Shown: in pieces, positions 17,717 through 24,321 of the stretch
Layout of the letters: the number at the start of each line of letters is the position of its first letter
Numbering within the stretch: the stretch's first letter is position 1
Virus record (IMG/VR): IMGVR_UViG_3300025120_000022
Strand: one strand, 5' to 3'
From: an uncultured virus (IMG/VR IMGVR_UViG_3300025120_000022)
Lineage: Duplodnaviria > Heunggongvirae > Uroviricota > Caudoviricetes
Length of the DNA: 64,000 nt
Position numbers and translations under genes: made by a program
Notes under the pieces: generated by a model
Seen by the model: only the letters and a program-made list of their open reading frames with translations
What the model was told of the DNA's origin: nothing
The model's database searches: none

Positions 17717-18697
17717 ATGACTATAACTATTCTACAACAACCTGCGGAGGATATGGTTCATCTAAATCAGACATTTGATCTGGTTTATATGGACCCACCC
17801 TTTGGATTGCAGCGTGATTTTAAGATGCAAGAGTCTGATGGTTCGGAGAAAAGTTTCTCTGACCATTGGACTTCTTTTGATGACTATATTGATTGGTATG
17901 CAAATATCATCAACAAAGCATACTCTAAACTGAACAAAGATGGTTGGTTGTATGCACATAATAATTTCATAGGTAATGCTTTGGTTCTGTCTAAAGTTGA
18001 TAGAAAGGTCAGAGATGCATTCTACACTAACATCTCATGGAAACGTAGCGGACCAAAGAATAACATTAAGAATGGTTGGGGTAACATCGTAGACAGCATA
18101 ATTGTGCTGAGGAAGGGTAATCCATACTTTACGGTTGAGTATACCTCACTTGATCCAGTCTATGCTCATAATAGTTTCAAGAATAAAGATGAGGTTGGAT
18201 ACTATGCACTCGCTAAAGTATCTGGAGAAAAGAGTCGTCCTTGTGCTAGATTCGATTACAAAGGATATAATCCAGAGTTTGGGTTTCGCATAACAAGGGA
18301 AAAACTCGAAGAATTAGACGCGCAGAACCTCCTACACTACGGCAGCAACAACCTGTATAAGAAAATTTACTCTCACGAGTCTAAAGGTGTCCCAGTCCAG
18401 AATTTATGGGATGATGTATACTTTATCAGCAGAAGTGAGAAGAATAAGCGTAAGTATCCCACACAAAAACCACTGAAGTTGTTAGAAAGAATCATAAAAT
18501 CATCATCCCCACCGGGTGGGTGGGTGCTTGACCCGTTTTGTGGAAGTGGAACAACAGCAATTTCTGCTTTTAACACTAACCGCAATTGCGTCACGACAGA
18601 CACTAACCCCGATGCAGTTCGGATAGCAAGAGAGTCAATTAATGAAATTATAAAAGCATCACATAATCCTTTACTTGATGCACTAAATGACACATAG
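17717..18697 (+). CDS. DNA amino-methyltransferase (N6-A/N4-C, beta class)
   Basis: Catalytic DPPF near the N-terminus, YPTQKP, and SAM-binding LDPFCGSGTT near the C-terminus. Confidence 0.92.
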   Translation: MTITILQQPAEDMVHLNQTFDLVYMDPPFGLQRDFKMQESDGSEKSFSDHWTSFDDYIDWYANIINKAYSKLNKDGWLYAHNNFIGNALVLSKVDRKVRDAFYTNISWKRSGPKNNIKNGWGNIVDSIIVLRKGNPYFTVEYTSLDPVYAHNSFKNKDEVGYYALAKVSGEKSRPCARFDYKGYNPEFGFRITREKLEELDAQNLLHYGSNNLYKKIYSHESKGVPVQNLWDDVYFISRSEKNKRKYPTQKPLKLLERIIKSSSPPGGWVLDPFCGSGTTAISAFNTNRNCVTTDTNPDAVRIARESINEIIKASHNPLLDALNDT

Positions 18698-18852
18698 TCT
18701 TTTTTCCATATCGAGAGCGGGAAGCAGGACCAATCACACCCGACAGACGAAAATATGAAAAAAACAGGTATTTGGTCTAGTGAGGGCAAGGGTTCTGAAG
18801 GCAACAAAGTAGCAACGACACAGCATAGCACCACGGATCCCAAACTAGTTGG

Positions 18853-18926
18853 GTGGACAGTTGGTTGAAGTGTCCACTCAACCCGCACAAGGCAGCAAAC
18901 CCGTGTATATTAAAGGAGTGGAGGGG
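18853..18926 (+). promoter_or_regulatory. Palindrome-promoter cassette
   Basis: GTGGACAGTT-GGTTG-AAGTGTCCAC, GCACA(18885) and CCGTGTATATTAAAGGAGTGGAGGGG. Confidence 0.8.
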
Positions 18927-18957
18927 CCCCGCCCTAAAACCTTCTTCTTTTTTTATT

Positions 18958-19146
18958 ATGAAACCCAAAGAGTTAAAGAAGTACCTCAAATCTGAGGGTT
19001 TTGAACTACTCAGAGAGACGGGAAAACACAGAATTTATGTTCACAAGAGAACAAAAAAGCAACTATCAACGTCCAAGACTCCATCTGATGGATATGCTTG
19101 GAGACAAGTAATGAGAGATATTAAAAGATACCAACTCGCAGGATGA
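18958..19146 (+). CDS. hicA: HicA-like (dsRBD-fold) toxin/RNase
   Basis: MKPKELKKYLKSEGFELLRETGKHRIYVH...TPSD matches the HicA pattern (K.L...GF...R..G.H..Y.H). Confidence 0.7.
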   Translation: MKPKELKKYLKSEGFELLRETGKHRIYVHKRTKKQLSTSKTPSDGYAWRQVMRDIKRYQLAG

Positions 19147-19301
19147 TTACTAACGAAGACAGAGAGTTTGTTAACTTCTTGTTCGGCAAACTCACAAAGC
19201 ATGTTGATACCGACATGATAGATTTACAAGATGATGATTCTTGTGATGATCACCTTCAATTTGAACAACTAACCATTTTTCCAATTACGCACAATGTTTA
19301 A
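19143..19301 (+). CDS. Small acidic protein (52 aa)
   Basis: ATGA-coupled to the HicA-like stop; MITNEDREFVNFLFGKL...DDDSCDDH. Confidence 0.65.
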   Translation: MITNEDREFVNFLFGKLTKHVDTDMIDLQDDDSCDDHLQFEQLTIFPITHNV

Positions 19302-19530
19302 CACCACTTTGGATCTGTTCAAGTTCAACAAGACAAACGAACATGATGAAATGATTGATACAATAGCAGAAACATATTTCAATGCGATGACTGAATGTGC
19401 GAGTGATCATCGTTGTGATGATGCTATTGCTTGTTATCAGGAGTGGATTGTTGATGATAAGGATCCTCAAGATGGCGGTGTGGAGATATATTTCATGCAA
19501 GATCTTACAGCAGAAGGAATAGAGAATTAA
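19294..19530 (+). CDS. Hypothetical protein
   Basis: 78-aa acidic ORF. Confidence 0.7.
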   Translation: MFNTTLDLFKFNKTNEHDEMIDTIAETYFNAMTECASDHRCDDAIACYQEWIVDDKDPQDGGVEIYFMQDLTAEGIEN

Positions 19531-19539
19531 ACTCTGCTT

Positions 19540-19617
19540 GTGCCAGTTGGTCAAAGTGTCCACTGAACCCGCACAGCAGACCAAAACCGTGTATATTAAG
19601 AGAGTCAAAGGAACACA
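19540..19617 (+). promoter_or_regulatory. Palindrome-promoter cassette
   Basis: GTGCCAGTT-GGTCA-AAGTGTCCAC, GCACA(19571) and TATATT(19592). 19581-19617 is identical to 20919-20955. Confidence 0.8.
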
Positions 19618-19621
19618 CCAC

Positions 19622-19894
19622 ATGCAAATTTCAAACTCCATCTGCGTCGTTGATTTCTTCCCTGAGGCATTCATTGCTGAGTCAGATGAGATCAAAGGCA
19701 TGAAAGTTACAGTTCGTCGTTTTAACAAGCGTGTTACTTTCCTTGATAATGGTGCTAAGTCTTACAGCACTGTGACTGCACTCACAGCACGTAATGAGTG
19801 GGCGGAGCGTATTGCTGGAGGTGCTACGGTAACCGACTACAATACCGACAAAATGCCTCGCTCTGAGTATGCTCCGATGGCATGTGTGGGTTGA
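19622..19894 (+). CDS. Hypothetical early protein
   Basis: Start reassigned to the ATG after the cassette's AAGGA SD. Confidence 0.75.
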   Translation: MQISNSICVVDFFPEAFIAESDEIKGMKVTVRRFNKRVTFLDNGAKSYSTVTALTARNEWAERIAGGATVTDYNTDKMPRSEYAPMACVG

Positions 19895-19929
19895 TCCCCC
19901 TCACTTACTGCAAACTCTTATCTAACATC

Positions 19930-20109
19930 ATGCCGACTGACTTTCCAATCTACAAAAAGAAACTCCCACAAGTATGGTTGGAAGATGATAAGTTTATCAT
20001 CGAATCAGACTCGTTTCGATATGTGATTATGGATGACTTAAAACTGCTGTTTAAACTATGCAGAAAGTTTAAGACTGACGCTATCGCACAAACTTACGCC
20101 ACTAACTAA
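19930..20109 (+). CDS. Hypothetical protein
   Basis: MPTDFPIYKKKLPQVWLED.... Confidence 0.65.
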   Translation: MPTDFPIYKKKLPQVWLEDDKFIIESDSFRYVIMDDLKLLFKLCRKFKTDAIAQTYATN

Positions 20110-20113
20110 CATC

Positions 20114-20281
20114 ATGCTCAAAACACAATTACTCAAAGTCGTCGGTGAAACTTCAAACAAAATTGATTCTAACCTGACACGATTTGAAAAGTTTGAAGTA
20201 TTCTGTCAAGTGTGTGATGGATTACTCAAAGATGGAAGAATCAGTGCTGCAAAGCATCATTCATGGACTAACGTATTCTAA
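20114..20281 (+). CDS. Small hypothetical protein (55 aa)
   Basis: Manual translation ...FCQVCDGLLKDGRIS...WTNVF. Confidence 0.7.
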   Translation: MLKTQLLKVVGETSNKIDSNLTRFEKFEVFCQVCDGLLKDGRISAAKHHSWTNVF

Positions 20282-20323
20282 CTCCTAACTAACTCCCAAT
20301 CTCATCCAAATTAGGACTAAATC

Positions 20324-20614
20324 ATGAATTACACTCTCAAGCAACTTCAAGACCGAGTATCAAGTATGATCAAAGAACAGGGAGAAGATGCAGAGTGTGC
20401 CGCATGGATTTATACCAAGAATGATTGTCATTTGAAGGATGAAAATGGTGAGATTGATTATGATAATAATGTAGAAGATCCTGCACTGATTGCACGTATC
20501 TTTGATGATGTAGGAAACAATGATTACATCTATCAAGTGATTCAAGAGAGTGTGGATGAGATCACAGAAGAGAATCTAATGTCTTATCAGCAAGAGTTAG
20601 TGGAGGTAGCATGA
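20324..20614 (+). CDS. Hypothetical protein
   Basis: AGGA SD; 96 aa. Confidence 0.75.
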   Translation: MNYTLKQLQDRVSSMIKEQGEDAECAAWIYTKNDCHLKDENGEIDYDNNVEDPALIARIFDDVGNNDYIYQVIQESVDEITEENLMSYQQELVEVA

Positions 20615-20742
20615 AATTCACACAATATCTTTTAAGTGGGATATGTATTACTGTCGCACTTACATGTTACTTAATGTTTTTAGCACAGAGAGATAGTAAG
20701 ATGATGAACTATTACGATTCAACTATTCAAAAAGTAAAATGA
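20611..20742 (+). CDS. Small membrane protein (43 aa)
   Basis: ATGA coupling; hydrophobic N-terminus. Confidence 0.6.
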   Translation: MKFTQYLLSGICITVALTCYLMFLAQRDSKMMNYYDSTIQKVK

Positions 20743-20882
20743 ACACAACCACACTGGATCTTTTCTGTAATGATGATAACGAGGATAATGATATAAGAGA
20801 AGAGTTTGATGGAGCATTAGAAGAACAGGCAGCAAAATATGAAGTTACAGTAGATTACTACATTGCAGAGTTTCTAGTGTGA
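20739..20882 (+). CDS. Small acidic protein (47 aa)
   Basis: Ends EEQAAKYEVTVDYYIAEFLV. Confidence 0.65.
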   Translation: MNTTTLDLFCNDDNEDNDIREEFDGALEEQAAKYEVTVDYYIAEFLV

Positions 20883-20955
20883 CAGTTGATAAGGTGTCTA
20901 CTATTCTCCCACAAGACCCCAAAACCGTGTATATTAAGAGAGTCAAAGGAACACA
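20879..20955 (+). promoter_or_regulatory. Palindrome-promoter cassette
   Basis: GTGACAGTT..AGGTGTCTAC, CCACA and TATATT(20930); 37-bp identity with 19581-19617. Confidence 0.8.
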
Positions 20956-20959
20956 ACTC

Positions 20960-21076
20960 ATGAACCGCACACCACTGACAAAAGTCGAAATCCTAAACAT
21001 TCTCGCACGTTGCACGACTGGGAATCAAATGATTTCATCTTTGGACAATCTTAAGTTCAATGGTTTTATCAAATGA
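20960..21076 (+). CDS. Small hypothetical protein (38 aa)
   Basis: ATG directly after the cassette's SD. Confidence 0.55.
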   Translation: MNRTPLTKVEILNILARCTTGNQMISSLDNLKFNGFIK

Positions 21077-21204
21077 GAATCGCATTCACTGCTATCATCG
21101 TGATTCTAGGTGTGAATCTACTTGTAGATCTGTTAGATTCCAATATGGTGAATCTCATCGAAGAGCGTAATCAATCCATCGAAAAACTTCTCAATGACAA
21201 CTGA
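21073..21204 (+). CDS. Small membrane protein (43 aa)
   Basis: ATGA coupling; MRIAFTAIIVILGVNLL. Confidence 0.6.
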   Translation: MRIAFTAIIVILGVNLLVDLLDSNMVNLIEERNQSIEKLLNDN

Positions 21205-21562
21205 TTTCCAATCGTTCAAAGATCAACAAGATGCAAAGAACATGATTCAATTGAACGTCACAAAGTATTCACTGATGCTATGTGATGCACTACAACAAAA
21301 CTATCAACGTTCACATCCAAATGGTCGTAACTATTCTTATGCGTTAGTCTCTGGTCGTAAGTATCACAAACTGATGCAATGTGTAGATGGACAGATTGAA
21401 TCAGTACATGCTTTCATTGATAGAAAGACTGGTGAAGTATACAAACCTGCATCATATAAAGCACCTGCTAAACATGTAAGATATAACCTAAACATTATCC
21501 AAGAGAGAGAAGAATGTCTAGAGAAATGTGATTGGGCAGGTTCTTATCTTTACTTACGCTAA
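21194..21562 (+). CDS. Conserved phage hypothetical protein
   Basis: GRKYHK...SVHAFID..TGEVYKPAS..APAK..RY...DWAGSYLY motif set. Confidence 0.8.
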   Translation: MTTDFQSFKDQQDAKNMIQLNVTKYSLMLCDALQQNYQRSHPNGRNYSYALVSGRKYHKLMQCVDGQIESVHAFIDRKTGEVYKPASYKAPAKHVRYNLNIIQEREECLEKCDWAGSYLYLR

Positions 21563-21576
21563 TTAACACAAATCTC

Positions 21577-21807
21577 ATGATTATTCTAACATCAGAACAA
21601 CACGGATGTGCTTACTCTATTGATAGTGAAGGCACTCTATTCTATACGCCAATGCGTAAGGATAGTTCAATCAATTTAGAGGAATGGGATGAGGTTGATC
21701 ATATGGCAATCCTAGGAGAAGAGCAATCAATTCAAGAACATGTAAATGATATTCTAGAGAGACTGATTACTATGAGTAAGGCACTCGGTGAATATTATTG
21801 TAACTAG
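21577..21807 (+). CDS. Hypothetical protein
   Basis: Probable start at ATG 21577. Confidence 0.7.
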   Translation: MIILTSEQHGCAYSIDSEGTLFYTPMRKDSSINLEEWDEVDHMAILGEEQSIQEHVNDILERLITMSKALGEYYCN

Positions 21808-21819
21808 GCACTAATACTT

Positions 21820-21954
21820 ACTAAAACGTCTAAAAAGACTTAAAAAACGTTTTTAAATGCCTTTATAAATATACTTTGCTTTTTTATTGTTTTCCACAGA
21901 GGTTGTGGAAAAGCATATGATTAATGTTAGTATTGACTGTTATCCTGTGGAAAA
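21820..21954. other. Candidate origin-like locus: AT-rich tract plus three DnaA boxes
   Basis: TTTTCCACA at 21890-21898 (+), 21904-21912 (-) and 21946-21954 (-). AT-rich 21820-21890 includes TATAAATA at 21864. Confidence 0.55.
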
Positions 21955-22138
21955 GGTATCAATCAGCAACGTTCTTAAGTATACTCAAACCTTATAAAGT
22001 ATCGATCTTATGTCTCCTCAAACCTTTTAAATGGTCCGAGGTCTTGTTGTCTTAGCATGCATAATACCGAGAGTCAACTATAAACCTACCGAACCCCACA
22101 AAAATTCACACAGACCCCCAAAAAACAACCAATCCCCG

Positions 22139-22183
22139 AACTGTCACATGCTCACGGCACAGACCTCAAAATGCTGTATTGTA
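22139..22183 (+). promoter_or_regulatory. Palindrome-promoter cassette variant (half site)
   Basis: AACTGTCAC, GGCACA and ATGCTGTATTGTA, the last shared with 22481-22493. Confidence 0.6.
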
Positions 22184-22188
22184 GATGA

Positions 22189-22422
22189 ATGAACAACACT
22201 ACTCCGATGCAGACCTACACCGACCCTTGCACCTATGCGATGCAGAACGATATGCGCCAACTGAAAGAGATGATCGCATCAGATCTGGCAGCGTACATGC
22301 TGGAGATGATGCCTGACCTAGAGATGAGCGTCGATTTCGTTTGCGATCGTTTCGGACTTGATTGCAGCGATGAACTCGTGGATTTTGTCGCAGACTGCCA
22401 TGATGAGTTCTTCGGCAACTGA
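22189..22422 (+). CDS. Small acidic early protein
   Basis: 77 aa with GC-richer codon usage. Start may be 22207. Confidence 0.7.
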   Translation: MNNTTPMQTYTDPCTYAMQNDMRQLKEMIASDLAAYMLEMMPDLEMSVDFVCDRFGLDCSDELVDFVADCHDEFFGN

Positions 22423-22435
22423 TACCCGATAGCGT

Positions 22436-22493
22436 GTGCCGGTCGATGAACTGGCATACAAAATAGGCACTGCCCCGCAGATGCTGTATTGTA
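22436..22493 (+). promoter_or_regulatory. Palindrome-promoter cassette variant
   Basis: GTGCCGGTC-GATG-AACTGGCAT, GGCAC and ATGCTGTATTGTA. Confidence 0.65.
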
Positions 22494-22522
22494 TTAACAA
22501 GTCAAACAACCAACCCCAAATC

Positions 22523-22870
22523 ATGCGTAAGATCGAAACCCAGATGAACGCCGCCATCCAGTCTAACCGCAATTGGAGTTCAGGTAATACGGCAGTTTAT
22601 TTCGATGCAGAATCAGGCGTCAGCGTCGTCCGTCTCTACGGCAATAAGATCGCAGAAGTTTCAGACGACACCATGACCATTTTCGATGGTGGATTCCAGA
22701 GCGTCACCACCAAGAGCAGACTCAACGCGCTCTGTGATGAATTCTGCGTTGCTGGCGAAGGCGTCTTTCAAAAAAACTATCAGTGGTTTGTTCGTAAGTT
22801 CGTTGGGCAGGCAGGACCCTCCAAGGTCTTCAATGCTGATGAGTTCGTCAATGGTTACGTGTTTGCCTGA
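22523..22870 (+). CDS. Conserved cyanophage early protein
   Basis: MRKIETQMNAAI...LYGNKIA...TTKSRLNAL; start reassigned downstream of the promoter. Confidence 0.8.
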   Translation: MRKIETQMNAAIQSNRNWSSGNTAVYFDAESGVSVVRLYGNKIAEVSDDTMTIFDGGFQSVTTKSRLNALCDEFCVAGEGVFQKNYQWFVRKFVGQAGPSKVFNADEFVNGYVFA

Positions 22871-22907
22871 TCCGTCCCTTTATTCTTTACACAAACCTCA
22901 CTCTAAT

Positions 22908-23828
22908 ATGACTCCAATTCTTCACATCGAACACCCAGAAGATTCTGTACTCACAGGCGACTTAAGTTTCCTCGACGCTATTAGAAACCGAGGCACGTTA
23001 AGTGTGAAGATGGATGGAGCACCGGCAATAGTTTGGGGCGTTAATCCTGCTACGGGTAAGTTCTTTGTAGGGACGAAATCTGTCTTCAACAAAGTAAAGA
23101 TCAAAATCAACGAATCACATCAGGACATTGATAAGAACCACAAGGGAGAGGTTGCACAAATCCTCCATAAGTGCTTTGACTATCTACCACAAACCGGAGG
23201 CATATATCAAGGCGATTTCATAGGGTTAGGCGGGTCTGATGAGTATACCCCGAACACGATTACGTATAAATTCGATGATATTGTAGATGAGGAGATTATC
23301 GTTGCCCCGCATACTTACTACACAGCAGAGAGTGACTTAAGAGACGCAATCGCACACCCGCTGAAGTTCACTATCACCGATACAGTTTACTGCAAGTTCG
23401 TAACACCTCGTGCTTATATTTGGTCGGGTTCTTATAGTGAACTCGGCACGGAGTTTGAGTTACCCCCAGCGATGACTGCAGTGATGTCGTTGTTACCTAC
23501 TGTAGAGTTCGTGACTGATAAGGAAGCAGCACAGATCCGCATCAATGTGAATCGTTCGTTGCGTGAGGGTAATGCACTACGAGTAGAGGACTTCAACGGC
23601 AATGTAACACTTATGCACCTCTACGGTTTGGTTCAGTATATCAAGGAAGAATGCCTGAATCAGTGTAGAGTTCTGAACGGTCCGGAAGCATACATCAATC
23701 AAGAGAGAATAGATGCTGAGGGTTATGTCTACTCATACGAGGGTAATGTATACAAATTGGTCAATCGCAAGCAGTTCAGTGTTGCTAACTTCAACAACAC
23801 TAAGTTTGAACAACCGGTTGCAATTTGA
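22908..23828 (+). CDS. DUF6267-like protein, ligase/nucleotidyltransferase superfamily
   Basis: HIEHPED, VKMDGAPA (KxDG), YQGDF, EGYV and YKLVNR. Confidence 0.7.
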   Translation: MTPILHIEHPEDSVLTGDLSFLDAIRNRGTLSVKMDGAPAIVWGVNPATGKFFVGTKSVFNKVKIKINESHQDIDKNHKGEVAQILHKCFDYLPQTGGIYQGDFIGLGGSDEYTPNTITYKFDDIVDEEIIVAPHTYYTAESDLRDAIAHPLKFTITDTVYCKFVTPRAYIWSGSYSELGTEFELPPAMTAVMSLLPTVEFVTDKEAAQIRINVNRSLREGNALRVEDFNGNVTLMHLYGLVQYIKEECLNQCRVLNGPEAYINQERIDAEGYVYSYEGNVYKLVNRKQFSVANFNNTKFEQPVAI

Positions 23829-23846
23829 GCAGTCTTATGGTATACT
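23818..23846 (+). promoter_or_regulatory. sigma70-type promoter firing into non-coding DNA
   Basis: TTGCAA-17 nt-TATACT with extended TG. Confidence 0.6.
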
Positions 23847-23980
23847 TAGAGGACGCACAGTAAGCATTAGATAAGAGCAGTTGTTTGGGGGCGTTTTATG
23901 TTCGCGTCCCGCCCCTTAGCTAAAAACGCATAGAGACCCTAACCTACAACGGACCGAATTCGCGAGATAGATATCAAGTT

Positions 23981-24047
23981 CAAAAAAAATTCCCCCAGGT
24001 ATTAGACCCTTTCAAATACCTCCGAGCAAAAAAAATTCCCCCAGGTA
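23981..24047 (+). repeat. Two perfect 21-bp direct repeats CAAAAAAAATTCCCCCAGGTA
   Basis: Copies at 23981-24001 and 24027-24047. Confidence 0.95.
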
Positions 24048-24104
24048 AAAAGGATCCTGTAAGGTTCGCTACTGATATATACCAAAGAGGTGCATAAATT
24101 TACT

Positions 24105-24251
24105 ATGAATATTTCAATCGAGACCTATGAGAAAGAACTACTCATAGAGGCACTTGAATATAGATTAGAGAATGACGAAGGGTTAATAAGAGATTATGGA
24201 ACGAAGGAAGAACTCACATATTTGTTAGAGAAGTTAGCAGAGGGATACTAA
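24105..24251 (+). CDS. Small hypothetical protein (48 aa)
   Basis: Manual translation MNISIETYEKELLIEALEYRLEND...; GAGGT upstream. Confidence 0.6.
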   Translation: MNISIETYEKELLIEALEYRLENDEGLIRDYGTKEELTYLLEKLAEGY

Positions 24252-24268
24252 ATAAGGTATAACAGCGA

Positions 24269-24297
24269 TTGCATTGAATGACTCGCTGTGGTATAAT
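24269..24297 (+). promoter_or_regulatory. sigma70-type promoter
   Basis: TTGCAT-17 nt-TATAAT. The -35 is enclosed by an ACAGCGA/TCGCTGT inverted repeat. Confidence 0.7.
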
Positions 24298-24321
24298 AAC
24301 AATGTCACTTAATTCATTTTT

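Noticed and set aside
12077..22493. Repeated palindromic elements as a CRISPR or mini-CRISPR array
   Set aside because: Copies are degenerate, hundreds to thousands of bp apart, separated by genes and tied to -10 boxes; no cas genes are present.
18853..22907. ORF-track N-terminal extensions (18853, 19538, 20879, 22436, 22686), including the shared peptide KTVYIKRVKGT
   Set aside because: Most translate the promoter cassettes, and 22686 overlaps the upstream gene. More plausible starts are 18958, 19622, 20960, 22523 and 22908.
7162..24321. tRNA genes or photosynthesis AMGs (psbA, hli) in the accessory region
   Set aside because: No cloverleaf with a T-loop GTTCRA in proper context and no recognisable photosystem proteins were seen. 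A tRNAscan-SE run would confirm the tRNA result.
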